Shown in pieces: positions 49,810-61,030 of a DNA stretch of 64,000 nt. The notes below the pieces were generated by a model that was given only the letters and a program-made list of their open reading frames with translations, ran no database searches and was not told where the DNA came from. A program made the position numbers and the translations under genes. This stretch comes from Longimicrobiales bacterium. GTDB lineage: Bacteria; Gemmatimonadota; Gemmatimonadetes; Longimicrobiales; Gaopeijiaceae. The stretch covers positions 2,720,001-2,784,000 of the forward strand of contig CBDFIQ010000002.1 in assembly GCA_965248195.1 (NCBI GenBank), given 5' to 3'. Within the stretch, counting starts at the first letter, position 1. Each line of letters starts with the position of its first letter.

Positions 49810-50565
49810 TTATCGGTACTTCGGAATCATGTACTTCACGGCACGACGCGCATCTTCCGCATCACATTCGTACGGATTGAGCTTGTAGCCCTCGGGGGCC
49901 GGGAGCCAGCGTGTCGTGTATGACGCAGGTTCCCTTAGGAACAACGGGTCCTCGACAGTCAGGGTCATGCGCAACTCTTCCCCCTCGCGCCAGTACCGCT
50001 CGGTCACCGTCTTGAGCTGGGACGACGGGATCCCGTTGTAGTCGTCGAATCCGGTGATATCGAAGACGAACTGCGTCGTTTCGACGATGAGCGCGTCACC
50101 CTCGTAGTGACCGACCGAGAAACCCTGCACCGTGTATTCGTTCAGGGGCGGCTCGCGCCCGTCCAGCCACACGCTACGGAGCACATCGTCCTTTTCATAC
50201 CGGAAAATCACCCGATCCGGCCACTGCACGACCTCCATGAAATAAGGGTCGTACTGGAGCGCCGGCGGCGCCGATGGAACGCAGTCGTACTTCGGTGCAA
50301 TCGCCTCATCGAAGACCTCCTGGAAGGCGAGCGCACGCTCGTTGAGAACGGGGAAATTGTCCGGCGTCCAGGGCATATTCGGTCCGTTGATCGGACGCAC
50401 ACGCCCGCCGCCGTTCCAGACCCCCACCAGGTCGGGAACCTCGACCAGGGCCGTTTGGGCGGTGACCTCCACCGAAGCCCCGCCAATCGCGGCCGCAACC
50501 AGGGCAGCCGCTGCGGCCAGGCATGCAAGTGGTCGAGAAAGCACTGCGGTGCCCGTCTCCCTCAT
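49810..50565 (-). CDS. Secreted hypothetical protein (DUF6152-like partner)
   Basis: PDLVGVW, GFSVGHYEGDALIVET, VEDP, YEC. Confidence 0.75.
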   Translation of the reverse strand: MRETGTAVLSRPLACLAAAAALVAAAIGGASVEVTAQTALVEVPDLVGVWNGGGRVRPINGPNMPWTPDNFPVLNERALAFQEVFDEAIAPKYDCVPSAPPALQYDPYFMEVVQWPDRVIFRYEKDDVLRSVWLDGREPPLNEYTVQGFSVGHYEGDALIVETTQFVFDITGFDDYNGIPSSQLKTVTERYWREGEELRMTLTVEDPLFLREPASYTTRWLPAPEGYKLNPYECDAEDARRAVKYMIPKYR

Positions 50566-50700
50566 CCTTGCTCTCCTTGATTCCTGTAATCCGCGATTCC
50601 TGTAATCCGCGAATACTTGCGATACCGTCACACCTTTTTTCGATACCCATCACGCCGAGCCGAAGCTACACCCACTGCTGGCTAAGGGATAGATGGATCG

Positions 50701-52947
50701 TCACCGATTCAGGTTCGCCGGCGTGCAGCTGGAAGCGATGTGCTCGCACAGCGCGTTCGTGTACACCTCGATCATCGTGACGTAGCTGGTGAAATCGAAG
50801 GCCGCGCCATGCGCCCCGGGGGGGAAGAAGCGGAACTCCGCGTCCTTGCCGGCCCGTGCGAGCGCCGTCAGGAGCTGCATGGTGTGCTGCGGCTGCACGT
50901 TCTCATCCATTCCGGAATGGACCAGGAGGAGCTGGTCCTCGAGGGCTTCGACCCAGTTCAGCGTCGAGCTCCCCTGGTACCCGTCGGGGTTCTCGCCGAG
51001 AAGGCCCATGTACCGCTCGGTATAGATCGTGTCGTAGAGCCTCCAGTCGGTCGCGGGCGAGTTGGCGATACCCAACTTGAACACTCCGGGGTGCCGCAGC
51101 AGCGTCGAGATCGACATGAAGCCCCCGTAACTGGTGCCCTGGATCGCCATGCGATCCCCGTCGACCCATGGCTGCGACGCCAGCCATTGCGCGACCTCGG
51201 CGAAGTCGTTCGCCTCCCAGTCGCCCAACTCTCGATACACGATCTCCATGAAGTCGCGGCCATAGTTGCCCGACCCGCGGTTGTTGAGGCCGACCACGAT
51301 GTAGCCCTGCTGGGCGAGGTACTGGTGCCACCCGTCCGTCGCCCACTCATCGAACACCTGCTGCGATCCCGGTCCACCATAGATCGACACCACCACCGGG
51401 TGCGGCTGTGACGGGTCGAAGTTCGGCGGCCTGACCATCGAGCCGTCGAGCTCGACTCCGTCGGAGGTCGTGAAGCTGAACAGCTCGGTCGGTGAGTAGG
51501 CCCGGGCTTGGACGTACGCCTCGACCTCTGCGTTGTCCTCGAGCGTGCTCAGCAGCTCGCCGCCGCCCTGCGTGCTCCGGAGCTCGACCTGCCGTGGTTG
51601 GCTGCTGCTGGACCACGTGTCGATGTAGTAGTCCATGTTGGGGGACATGTCGATGGCGTGGTTTCCCGCCGCCGGCGTCAGCCGCCGCTTGCTCCGGCCG
51701 TCGAAGTCGATTCTGTAGAGGTGGCGCTGGAGCGGGCTCTCCTCCGTACCCGTGTAGTAGATCGTGCCGTTCTCTGAGTCGATGCCCTCCACACGTGTCA
51801 CTACCCACTCGCCACTCGTCACCTGATTCAGCAGCTCGCCGTCGTACGAATAACGATACAGGTGGTTGTAGCCGTCCCGGTCGCTGATCCAGAAGAACTC
51901 GCTCAAATCCTCCGGGAAGTAGAAGTAGTGCTGGACGTCGGCGAAGAAGTCGAACACGTCGATCCACGCGTCGCTCCGCTCCTCCATCACCAGACGCCGC
52001 TCACCCGAGCGCACATCGAAGAAGTACAGCTGGAGGTGGTTCTGGTGGCGGTTCAACGTGACGACAGCCAGCGTATTCGGGTCGCTCGTCCAGTAGATGC
52101 GGGGGACGTAGTGCTCACCGGCGAGGCCCACGTCCATCCAACGCGTCTCGCCCGAAGCCACGTCCACGACGCCGACGCGCACCTCCGAGTTGTCCTGCCC
52201 GACCTTCGGGAAGGGCATCACCGTCCACTCGGGGTACTGGCCTTCCCAATCCGTGATCTGGATCGTGGGTACGTCCGCCACGTGTAACTGCCAGTATGCG
52301 ATTCGTCGGCCGTCAGGGCTCCAGTCCCAGGCCTGCGTGAGGCCGAACTCCTCCTCGTAGACCCAGTCGAACACTCCGTTCCAGACGATGTCGGTGGCGC
52401 TGGACGTCAGACGACGCTCCCGCTGGGCGTCCATGTCGTAGACGAACAGGTCACCCCCACGCTCGTACGCGAGGAGCGCACCATCGGGCGACAGCTCCGC
52501 GGTGCGCGCGTCGTCGGCCGCCAGCACGAGCGACTCGTTCTCTACTCCGTAGACGTAAAAGTCAGCGACGCCGGAGTATCGGTAGACCGGCCGGAAATCC
52601 GCCTGGAAGACGACATGCCGCGAGTCCGGCGCCCAGTCGAAGGAACGGTACCGCAGCGCTTGCGACGTTCCCGGCACCGTCAGCACCGCCGGATCGAAGA
52701 GCAGCTCGTCGTTGCTCGACGCGGGGTCGTATGCTCGTACCTCCGCTCCCCTCGTCTGGGTGTTCACCAGCGTGTACGAGTACCGACGACCCTCGTCGAT
52801 CCAGTTCACCCCCGCCGGGCCCGCACGGCCCGCGAGCCGACCCGAGATGCTCACCGCCTCCTCCACACTTCCGATCCGTTCCTGGGCCCGTAGCGGGACC
52901 GCGCTCGCCAGCGCCAGCGTCATTACGAGGCTCGCAAACAATCTCAT
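50701..52947 (-). CDS. Dipeptidyl peptidase IV (S9B family)
   Basis: DWVYEEE, YGGPGSQ, GTSYGG, YDTIYTERYMG, DENV, H. Confidence 0.95.
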   Translation of the reverse strand: MRLFASLVMTLALASAVPLRAQERIGSVEEAVSISGRLAGRAGPAGVNWIDEGRRYSYTLVNTQTRGAEVRAYDPASSNDELLFDPAVLTVPGTSQALRYRSFDWAPDSRHVVFQADFRPVYRYSGVADFYVYGVENESLVLAADDARTAELSPDGALLAYERGGDLFVYDMDAQRERRLTSSATDIVWNGVFDWVYEEEFGLTQAWDWSPDGRRIAYWQLHVADVPTIQITDWEGQYPEWTVMPFPKVGQDNSEVRVGVVDVASGETRWMDVGLAGEHYVPRIYWTSDPNTLAVVTLNRHQNHLQLYFFDVRSGERRLVMEERSDAWIDVFDFFADVQHYFYFPEDLSEFFWISDRDGYNHLYRYSYDGELLNQVTSGEWVVTRVEGIDSENGTIYYTGTEESPLQRHLYRIDFDGRSKRRLTPAAGNHAIDMSPNMDYYIDTWSSSSQPRQVELRSTQGGGELLSTLEDNAEVEAYVQARAYSPTELFSFTTSDGVELDGSMVRPPNFDPSQPHPVVVSIYGGPGSQQVFDEWATDGWHQYLAQQGYIVVGLNNRGSGNYGRDFMEIVYRELGDWEANDFAEVAQWLASQPWVDGDRMAIQGTSYGGFMSISTLLRHPGVFKLGIANSPATDWRLYDTIYTERYMGLLGENPDGYQGSSTLNWVEALEDQLLLVHSGMDENVQPQHTMQLLTALARAGKDAEFRFFPPGAHGAAFDFTSYVTMIEVYTNALCEHIASSCTPANLNR

Positions 52948-53162
52948 TTTTCCTCTCGCTCGATTCTGAGGGTCCTGTGACGGTCGGACAGGCCAGACGA
53001 TCACGTTCTCGGGGCCACAGACAAGGTAGGCGGAGGCCTCAGCGCAGTCGAGCGCACGTCCGAGCCCAGGTCTCGACGATCTCGATTGACACACTTTGGA
53101 TGAGCAGGTACGCTCGGTTGAATCGGTCTTCCAACAGAGCGGTCAAAAGAGGCGTGTGAACC

Positions 53163-53723
53163 ATGAACATCCTCCGCAAACCGAACATCGTTCGTAAACT
53201 TCTCGTGGTAATCGGGGTCCTGATCCTCATCCCGGTTGTCGCTCTGGGTACTCTGGCGGTCTCCGCGCGTAATTCCGACGGACCATCCGTAGTATTCAGT
53301 GGTGGACCGCTCGTTGCCGGTGAGCTGGTGACGGGTCCAGAGCCGGACTGGAGTTTCGCACGCGATGTCGGGACCATCGAACTGCAGCTCCTCGACCCTC
53401 CCCGGTCCCGAGTGATTTGGATCGCCGAGCACGAAGGCAAGGTCTATGTCGTGTCCGGATACATGGGCAGCTTTATCGGACGCCTGTGGAAACGATGGCC
53501 GGCGCAAGCGGAACGGGATGGCCGCGCTATCGTGCGCATCGCAGGAAAGAGGTATGAGCGCAGCCTCGTGCGCATCAAAGCGGGTGCGGTGGTGGAGGGC
53601 GTAGCTGCAGAGCTCCGCCGCAAATATGGGTCCGGAATCACACCTGCTGCCATCGAGGCGGAGACGAGCTGGCTTTTCGAGTTGGCCCCACCCGGCGCAG
53701 AAATGACCGGAGCGTCTAGGTGA
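53163..53723 (+). CDS. Hypothetical membrane-anchored protein
   Basis: N-terminal TM, DGP..GGPL motif. Confidence 0.7.
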   Translation: MNILRKPNIVRKLLVVIGVLILIPVVALGTLAVSARNSDGPSVVFSGGPLVAGELVTGPEPDWSFARDVGTIELQLLDPPRSRVIWIAEHEGKVYVVSGYMGSFIGRLWKRWPAQAERDGRAIVRIAGKRYERSLVRIKAGAVVEGVAAELRRKYGSGITPAAIEAETSWLFELAPPGAEMTGASR

Positions 53724-53848
53724 AACGGTTCTACTGGATTATGGGTGGTGTAATGATCGCCGTCGTGCTTACCGTTCTGTTCGTACCCGGGGTTGGGGAG
53801 TATATCGAAGGAGCGGTGTTGGGCTGGCTCGTTAGGCTGGCCGGGTAA
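53720..53848 (+). CDS. Possible 42-aa membrane peptide
   Basis: GTG overlaps upstream stop; hydrophobic WIMGGVMIAVVLTVLFVPG. Confidence 0.4.
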   Translation: MKRFYWIMGGVMIAVVLTVLFVPGVGEYIEGAVLGWLVRLAG

Positions 53849-53906
53849 AGTCCTCGAAGAGAGCTCCTCAAGGCTCGCTCTCGAATTGAGTTCCCTGGAA
53901 ACGTTC

Positions 53907-54233
53907 ATGACCAATCCCCCGCCCCTCGATGTGCTCGAGCAAGCTGCTGAGTGGAAAGCACAGGGCTCGGGCGTAGCCCTCGCGACGGTGGTTCGCACCT
54001 GGGGCTCCGCTCCACGACAGGCGGGCAGTCAAATGTGCATCGACGAGCACGGTCACTTCGTCGGCTCGGTGTCGGGCGGATGCGTCGAGGGCGCCGTAAT
54101 CCAGGAGGCACAGGAGCTCATCGTCGATGGGGGCACCAAGCTCCTGCAGTTCGGCGTGAGCGACGAGCAAGCCTGGGAGGTGGGGCTCACCTGCGGTGGC
54201 GAAGTGGAGATCTACGTCGAGAGAGTGGAGTGA
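53907..54233 (+). CDS. XdhC/CoxI family, N-terminal module
   Basis: LATVVRTWGSAPR, GSVSGGCVE, GLTCGG. Confidence 0.92.
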   Translation: MTNPPPLDVLEQAAEWKAQGSGVALATVVRTWGSAPRQAGSQMCIDEHGHFVGSVSGGCVEGAVIQEAQELIVDGGTKLLQFGVSDEQAWEVGLTCGGEVEIYVERVE

Positions 54234-54937
54234 AGGCGGAGCTCCTGAGCCAACTCGTCGAGGATCGGCGCCACGAGCGAGCCGTGGTCCTGGGCACCAA
54301 CTTGGACACCGGGGAGCAGATCCTCCTTTACCCGCTGGAAACAGGCTCGGACGCCGGCGGCCCCGAAACCTCGGAAGACCTTCAGCAGGCGGCTCGCACT
54401 GCGCTCCTGAACGACCGCTCGAAGCCGGTGGACGGCCCAGAAGGCCGCTTCTTCCTGCAGGTGCACAATACACCGCACCGCATGGTGCTGGTGGGCGCGG
54501 TACACATCGGCCAGCCCTTGGCCCAGATGGCGAGCCATGCCGGCTTCTCCGTCTCGGTCGTGGATCCCCGGGGGGCCTTCAACACGGAGGCTCGCTTTCC
54601 TGATGTGGATCGCCTCCTCTCGTGGCCGGATGCTGCACTCGAGGGTCTGGCGCTGAACCATCGGACCGCAGTGGTCATCCTCACCCACGACCCCAAGCTC
54701 GATGACCCCGCGCTGGCAGCCGCACTGGGCAGTCCCGCCTTCTACATCGGGGCCCTCGGAAGCCGTATGAATCATGGCCTGCGCCTCGAGCGGATGAGGG
54801 AGGCCGGGTTCGACGACGCGGCTTTGGCCAGGATTCGCGGCCCCGTGGGTCTCAAAATCGGGGCGCGGACACCCGGAGAGATCGCCGTGGCCATCCTGGC
54901 AGAGGTCATTGGGGAGCTCCGGCGGGACGCGACGTGA
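54230..54937 (+). CDS. XdhC/CoxF family, Rossmann module
   Basis: VGAVHI, LTHDPKLDD, YIGALGSR, GPVGLKIGARTPGEIA. Confidence 0.92.
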   Translation: MKAELLSQLVEDRRHERAVVLGTNLDTGEQILLYPLETGSDAGGPETSEDLQQAARTALLNDRSKPVDGPEGRFFLQVHNTPHRMVLVGAVHIGQPLAQMASHAGFSVSVVDPRGAFNTEARFPDVDRLLSWPDAALEGLALNHRTAVVILTHDPKLDDPALAAALGSPAFYIGALGSRMNHGLRLERMREAGFDDAALARIRGPVGLKIGARTPGEIAVAILAEVIGELRRDAT

Positions 54938-55001
54938 CCGACGAGGCGAGGGTGCGGCAGGTCCCGATGGATGCGCCCGGCGACTGAGCCCAACGACCTC
55001 A

Positions 55002-55634
55002 ATGTCCTCCCTCGAGATCGAAGAACGCTTCGAGCTAGACGCACATCCGGACGAGGCTTGGGCCTACCTCACCCGACCCGAGCGTATCGTCGAGTGTTTG
55101 CCTGGAGCCGAGCTCACCGAGGTCGTCGACGAGCGAAACTATGTGGGTGGGGTCAAGGTGAAGCTCGGCGCGGTAGCCATGGACTACAAGGGGACGGTGG
55201 AGTTCACAGAGATGGACCCCGAGCAGCGGATCATCCGGATGGAGGGCAAGGGCCGGGAACGCCGGGGCGGTGGTACGGTCACGCTGGCCATGGAGGGCAC
55301 GGTCCACGAGCTGGAAGGAGGCCGTTGTGAGGTCACGGTGACGGCGGACATCCAGCTGGCCGGCAAGATCGTTCGCTTCGGCAGGGGCATGATCCAGGTC
55401 GTCACCGCGCAGATCTTCAAGGAATTCACGGCATGCCTGGCCGCCGAGCTGGCGTCCGGCAAGGTGCGGCGAGAAGCGTCGGACGGAGACGCCGCCGCTC
55501 ATCCGCGCCCTACGGGAGAGTCCGGCGACGTTGCGAGCACACCCGCAGGCTCTAGCCCGGAAGCGCTGCCCCTGTTTCCGCTTCTCCTCCGGTCCTTCCG
55601 ATCGTGGCTCCGGCGGCTCTTCGAGCGGGAGTAG
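55002..55634 (+). CDS. coxG: CoxG / SRPBCC protein
   Basis: ECLPGAEL, VKVKLG, GKIVRFGRGMI. Confidence 0.85.
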   Translation: MSSLEIEERFELDAHPDEAWAYLTRPERIVECLPGAELTEVVDERNYVGGVKVKLGAVAMDYKGTVEFTEMDPEQRIIRMEGKGRERRGGGTVTLAMEGTVHELEGGRCEVTVTADIQLAGKIVRFGRGMIQVVTAQIFKEFTACLAAELASGKVRREASDGDAAAHPRPTGESGDVASTPAGSSPEALPLFPLLLRSFRSWLRRLFERE

Positions 55635-56865
55635 GCGGGAGGGTCAGAACCTGTGCCAACTCCCTCAGGCTGTTCAGGCTGTGCACGGGCCTGAAGTCGT
55701 CCACGTGCGGAAGGATGGCCCGGATGCCCTGGGCCTCCGGCTGGAACTCCTGGTAACGAAGGAGGGGATTCAGCCAGATCAGGCGGCGGCAGGAGCGGTG
55801 CAGCCGATCCATGGCCGCTCCCAGGCCCTCCCCCGCTTCCCTGTCCAACCCGTCGGTGATCAGGAGAACCACCGCTCCCTGCCCCAGCACCCGTCGGGAC
55901 CACGAACGGTTGAACTCCTCGAGACACGCCCCGATGCGCGTGCCGCCGTCCCAGTCCTTCACCGCATGGCGGAGGCGCTCCAGCGCCACGTCGCCGTCAC
56001 GATGCCGTAGGTGACGGGTGGCGTTGGTGAGGCGGGTCCCAAACAGGAAGGTAAACACCCGGTCCCTGTCGTTCGTGAGCGCGTGCAGGAAGTGGAGGAG
56101 CATGCGGGTGTATCCGGTCATGGACCCCGAGATGTCGCACAGGGCGACGAGGGGGGGAGGCCTCCGGCGGCGGGCGCGCCACTCCAGCGGTATGCTGGCC
56201 CCTCCGGCCCTGAGCGTCGCGCGGAGCGTGCGTCGTAGGTCCACCTCGGATCCTGCCGGGTTGGGACGGCGGCGCCGGGTGGCAAGGTCCCGCACCGGGA
56301 GCCGCATCCGGGCGATGGCTTCGCGGGCAGCCTCGATCTCCGCGACGGACATCTGCTCGAAGTCCTTCTCCGACAGAGCCTCACGTTCGGAGTAGGTCAT
56401 TCGCAGGTCCACCTCGACCCTGTCGCGTTCAGGGCCGCCGGGACCACCCTCTGCCCAGGCTTCGGCCAGGCGCCGCCGGAGGGGCGTGGGCGCCGGCACA
56501 GGCACCTTCGAGAGGGATAGGAGCTCCTCGAGGACCGCGTTTGGCGGAGGGCGATCCGACCAGAAAAGCCTGAAAGCCTCGTAAAAGGTGGGCCTGTGCT
56601 CACCGCGTCTCACGAAGACAGCGTGCAGCGCCCAGTAGAACTCGTCGGGGCGGGTGACGTCCACCGAGGCCAGGGCCCCCATGGCGTTGAGCACGTCACC
56701 CGGACCGGTGGGGAGCCCTGCGCGCCGCAGCAGCCGGGCGAAGTCGGTGACACGTTCGGTGAGCTGCTCGCCCCAGGCGGATCGATTGCGGCCTAGTCGC
56801 TCGCCACCTAATCCCTCGACCCCGGGTCCTTCGTCGCCGGTGGATCCGTCTCCGTCGGGCCTCAT
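55552..56865 (-). CDS. coxE: CoxE-like VWA domain protein
   Basis: CDISGSM, FGTRLT, DWDGGTRIG, ITDGLD, WLNPL. Confidence 0.9.
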   Translation of the reverse strand: MRPDGDGSTGDEGPGVEGLGGERLGRNRSAWGEQLTERVTDFARLLRRAGLPTGPGDVLNAMGALASVDVTRPDEFYWALHAVFVRRGEHRPTFYEAFRLFWSDRPPPNAVLEELLSLSKVPVPAPTPLRRRLAEAWAEGGPGGPERDRVEVDLRMTYSEREALSEKDFEQMSVAEIEAAREAIARMRLPVRDLATRRRRPNPAGSEVDLRRTLRATLRAGGASIPLEWRARRRRPPPLVALCDISGSMTGYTRMLLHFLHALTNDRDRVFTFLFGTRLTNATRHLRHRDGDVALERLRHAVKDWDGGTRIGACLEEFNRSWSRRVLGQGAVVLLITDGLDREAGEGLGAAMDRLHRSCRRLIWLNPLLRYQEFQPEAQGIRAILPHVDDFRPVHSLNSLRELAQVLTLPPTPARRAAGATIGRTGGEAETGAALPG

Positions 56866-56884
56866 TCGACCGAACGTTTTTCCA

Positions 56885-57770
56885 TCAGACAACTTCGTGC
56901 AGGATGGCCAGAGCGGGCTCACCGCGTACCCGTGCCAGGTCGTCCTCGTACTTGAGAAGTATGCCCAGCGTCTCGTTCACCACGTCGGCGTCCAGGCTGG
57001 AACGCCCCAGGGTCAGAAGTGCGCACGTCCAGTCGATCGACTCGGCGAGACCGGGCAGCTTGAAGAGATCCTCCTGCCGCAGCCGTTGGACGAAGCCCAC
57101 CACCTGACGTGTGAACTCATCACCCGCCTCGGGCACCCGAACCGCCACGATCTCCGTCTCACGATCCCGGGTGGGATAGTCGATCCAGTGGTAGAAGCAC
57201 CGGCGCTTGAGGGCGTCGTGGATCTCGCGCGTGCGGTTGGAGGTGATGATCACCACGGGCGGCTCCTCGGCCTTGATGGTCCCCACCTCCGGCACCGTGA
57301 TCTGGAAGTCGGAGAGGAGCTCCAGCAAGAACGCCTCGAACGGCTCGTCGGTGCGGTCCAGCTCGTCGATGAGGAGGACTGGCGGGCCCTCCGGACGGGG
57401 CTCCAGTGCTTCGAGGAGCGGTCTGTGGATCAGGAACTCGTCCGAGAAGACGTCGGACTCGAGGCTCGCCCGATCCGTCACGCCCGCCGCTTCGGCGATC
57501 CGGATCTCGATCATCTGACGCGCGTAGTTCCACTCGTAGACGGCGGACGACACGTCCAGACCCTCATAACACTGCAGGCGGATCAGGCGCCTCTTGAGTC
57601 CCGTGGCCAGGACCTTCCCCACCTCGGTCTTGCCAACCCCCGCCTCTCCCTCCAGGAAGAGGGGCCTCCCCAGACGCAGTGACAGGAACACGGCCGTAGC
57701 GAGAGACCGGTCCGCTACATAACGCTCCTGCTCGAGAAGAGCGAGGGTCTCATCGACCGAGTCCGGGATC
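56885..57770 (-). CDS. coxD: CoxD / MoxR-family AAA+ ATPase (start uncertain)
   Basis: LEGEAGVGKT, RLQCYEGLD, LLIDELDR; family-like frame extends upstream to IPDSVDE. Confidence 0.9.
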
Positions 57771-57850
57771 GAAACGCGCCCTTCTGATCCGCGCCCTTCT
57801 ATGCGCCCGCCTCCACTACGCGCCTGCCTTGCACTACGCCCCCTCCTTCA

Positions 57851-58645
57851 CTACGCGCACGCCTCCACAGCACGACGCGCCATCACGGAAACCAGGTGCG
57901 CCCTGTATTCGGCGCCGGCATCGGTATCCGAGACCAGACCCTCCTGGTCCACGCCGATGCCGTCGAGGCTTCCCGGCGAGAAGTCGGACGCGAGAGCGTC
58001 TTCCATGGCCCCGACGCGGAAGACTTTGTACCCCGCGCCAGACACGGCCACCCGGACGCCGTCATCGCCCTGGGCCACCATTACGCCGGCGATCGCATAC
58101 TTGGAGGCCGGGTTCGGGAACTTGGCGTAGGCTGCCTTCGCCGGAATGTGGAAGCGGACCGAGGTGATGATCTCGTCGTCCTCGAGTGGAGTCTCGAACA
58201 TGCCCACGAAGAAATCTGCGGCGGCGATCTCACGCCGATCGGTCACAACCGTGGCCCCGAGCGCGACCAGCGCGGCCGGATAGTCGGCCGCGGGATCACT
58301 GTGTGCCACCGAGCCACCCAACGTGCCACGGTTGCGCACCTGCGGGTCTCCGATCCCTCCCGCCAGATCGGCTAGCCCCGGGATCGCGTCGCGCACCTCC
58401 TCGGAGCCCTCCACCTCGGAGTGCGTCATTGCGGCCCCGATCACCAGCGCATCCCCGTCCCGCTGGATGCCGCGGAGCTCTTCGAGCCCCGCCAGCGAGA
58501 CGACGTCGCTAGGGGCAGCCATGTCCAGCTTCATGATGGGAAGCAGACTTTGGCCACCGGCCAGAAATTTGCCGGCCTCCGCGCCCTGCATGGCGCTCTG
58601 AGCCTCCGCCAGCGTGCCGGGGCTATGGAACGTGAAGTCATCCAT
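57851..58645 (-). CDS. coxM: Molybdenum hydroxylase FAD subunit (CoxM-like)
   Basis: [29 protein letters not shown]. Confidence 0.92.
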   Translation of the reverse strand: MDDFTFHSPGTLAEAQSAMQGAEAGKFLAGGQSLLPIMKLDMAAPSDVVSLAGLEELRGIQRDGDALVIGAAMTHSEVEGSEEVRDAIPGLADLAGGIGDPQVRNRGTLGGSVAHSDPAADYPAALVALGATVVTDRREIAAADFFVGMFETPLEDDEIITSVRFHIPAKAAYAKFPNPASKYAIAGVMVAQGDDGVRVAVSGAGYKVFRVGAMEDALASDFSPGSLDGIGVDQEGLVSDTDAGAEYRAHLVSVMARRAVEACA

Positions 58646-58657
58646 TGGTCTTCCCCC

Positions 58658-61027
58658 TCAGCTCGAGGCCTGTGCGTCCCGGATAGTGCGCCACACACGC
58701 TCCGGAGTCGCCGGCATGTCCATGTGCTCGACGCCGAGATGCGCCAAGGCGTCTACGACCGCGTTGATGACGGCCGGGGGAACCCCGATGGAGCCCACCT
58801 CGCCGACACCCTTCACACCCAGCGGGTTGTGGGTGCAGTTCGTGGTGTTGTGCCCCGTCTTGAAGAACGGCAGATCGGCCGCGCGGGGCATGCAGTAATT
58901 CATGTACGATCCCGTGATCAGCTGCCCACTATCATCGTACTTGCAGGACTCTAGAAGGGCCTGCCCGATTCCGTGAGCCAGGCCGCCATGCATCTGACCA
59001 TCCACGATCATGGGGTTGATGATGCGCCCCACATCGTCGGCGCAGGAAACGGCTACCAGATCGACGACTCCTGTTTCCGGGTCGATCTCCACTTCGGCCA
59101 CGTGAGCCCCGGCCGGGTAGGTGAAGTTCTTCGGATCGTAAAAGGCCGTCTCTTCCAGGCCCGGCTCCAGGCCCTCCGGATAATTGTGCGGCACATAGGC
59201 CGCCAGCGACACGTCGGCGAGACCCAAGGACTTGTCGGTACCCGCCACGGTGAAGCGTCCGTCCTCGAAGACGACGTCTGCTTCGGAAGCCTCCATGAGA
59301 TGGGCGGCGATCGTCGTGCCCTTCTTGATGATCTTCTGCAGGGCCTCGAAGATGGCAGACCCACCCACCGCCACCGACCGGGAGCCGTACGTGCCCATGC
59401 CGAAAGGCACCTGGGCGGTATCACCGTGAACGACCTCGATCTGATCGATCCCGATGCCCAGGCCCTCGGCCACGATCTGGGCGAAAGTCGTCTCGTGGCC
59501 CTGGCCGTGGCTGTGGCTCCCGGTAAAGACCGTCACACTCCCCGTGGGATGCACGCGCACCTGTCCCACCTCGAAGAGTCCGGCCCGGGCACCGAGGGCT
59601 CCGGCCACCGCCGACGGGGCGATCCCGCACGCTTCCAGGAACGTCGAGAGGCCGATCCCCCGCAGCTTGCCTCGGGACGCGGCCTCCTCCCTGCGAGCTT
59701 TGAAGCCCGTCCAGTCCGAGAGCTCCAGCACCAAGTCCAGCGTAGGTTCGTAATCCCCCGTGTCGTACTCCAGCGCCACCGGCGTCTGATAGGGAAACTG
59801 ATCCGGTTGAATGAAGTTCTTTCGCCGGATCTCCACCGGATCGATCCCCAGCCGCCGGGCGGCCACATCTACCAAGCGCTCGAGCATGAACGAGGCTTCC
59901 GGCCGCCCCGCACCACGAACAGCATCCACCGGCACTGTGTTGGTGAAGATCGCCTTCACTTCACCGTAGATGGCCGGCGTGGTGTAGCACCCGGCGAAGA
60001 GCGTACCGTGGAGGTACGTCGGGACCGCGGCCCCGAACGTCGAAATGTACGCACCCAGGTTGGCCAGGCAGCTCACCCGAAGACCCAAGAAGCGACCCTC
60101 ACCGTCGAGGGCGAGCTCTGCATGGGTTACGTGGTCCCGACCATGGGCGTCGGACATGAACGACTCGGAGCGCTCGGCGGTCCACTTCACGGGCCGTCCG
60201 ATCTTGGACGATGCCCAGGTCATGATGACCTCTTCCGCGTAGTGGAAGATCTTGGAGCCGAAACCGCCCCCTACGTCGGGCGACACCACACGGAGCTTGT
60301 GCTCCGGGATCTGCATGACGAACGCGCCCATGAGAAGTCGAATCACGTGTGGGTTCTGGCTCGACGTGTAGAGCGTGTAGTCGCCGCTCACCGAGTCGTA
60401 GTCGCCGATGGCCACACGAGGCTCGATGGCGTTCGGGATGAGGCGGTTTTGCACGATGTCGATCGACACCACGTGCTCGGCGGCCTCGAAGGCCGCGTCG
60501 GTGGGCGCCTTCTCACCGATCTCCCAGTCGTAACACACGTTGCCTGCTGCCTCTTCCCAAACCAGCGGCGCATCGTCGGCCACGGCCTGATTCAAGGACG
60601 CCACCGCCGGGAGGCTCTCGTAGTCGACCTCGACGAGCGCGGCCGCTTCCCTGGCCGCTGCCTTGGTCTCGGCCATGACGACTGCGACGATGTCGCCGAC
60701 GTGCCTTGCCCGGTCGACCACGATCGCCGGGTGGGGCGGCTCGACCATGGGTGAGCCGTCCTTGTTGTTGATGCCCCATCCGCAGGGCAGACCGCCTATC
60801 TCGTCGGCGGCCACGTCGGCTCCGGTGAACACGGCCACCACACCCGGGGCGGCCGCAGCCGCCGCGGTGTCGATTCCCGATATGTTGGCGTGTGCCTCAG
60901 GAGAGCGCACGAGGGCCGCGTAGGTCTGGCCCGGGCGGTTGATGTCGTCCGTATAGCGGCCCTTTCCCAAGAGGAAGCGGCCGTCTTCCTTCCGCCGTAC
61001 GGCGGCCCCGATTCCGTCCTCCGCCAT
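58658..61027 (-). CDS. coxL: Molybdenum hydroxylase large subunit (form II CoxL-like)
   Basis: [39 protein letters not shown]. Confidence 0.92.
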   Translation of the reverse strand: MAEDGIGAAVRRKEDGRFLLGKGRYTDDINRPGQTYAALVRSPEAHANISGIDTAAAAAAPGVVAVFTGADVAADEIGGLPCGWGINNKDGSPMVEPPHPAIVVDRARHVGDIVAVVMAETKAAAREAAALVEVDYESLPAVASLNQAVADDAPLVWEEAAGNVCYDWEIGEKAPTDAAFEAAEHVVSIDIVQNRLIPNAIEPRVAIGDYDSVSGDYTLYTSSQNPHVIRLLMGAFVMQIPEHKLRVVSPDVGGGFGSKIFHYAEEVIMTWASSKIGRPVKWTAERSESFMSDAHGRDHVTHAELALDGEGRFLGLRVSCLANLGAYISTFGAAVPTYLHGTLFAGCYTTPAIYGEVKAIFTNTVPVDAVRGAGRPEASFMLERLVDVAARRLGIDPVEIRRKNFIQPDQFPYQTPVALEYDTGDYEPTLDLVLELSDWTGFKARREEAASRGKLRGIGLSTFLEACGIAPSAVAGALGARAGLFEVGQVRVHPTGSVTVFTGSHSHGQGHETTFAQIVAEGLGIGIDQIEVVHGDTAQVPFGMGTYGSRSVAVGGSAIFEALQKIIKKGTTIAAHLMEASEADVVFEDGRFTVAGTDKSLGLADVSLAAYVPHNYPEGLEPGLEETAFYDPKNFTYPAGAHVAEVEIDPETGVVDLVAVSCADDVGRIINPMIVDGQMHGGLAHGIGQALLESCKYDDSGQLITGSYMNYCMPRAADLPFFKTGHNTTNCTHNPLGVKGVGEVGSIGVPPAVINAVVDALAHLGVEHMDMPATPERVWRTIRDAQASS

Positions 61028-61030
61028 GGC

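Noticed and set aside
50579..50612. 16-bp tandem duplication gattcctgtaatccgc
   Set aside because: Only two copies; most simply a slippage duplication, though an operator role is not excluded
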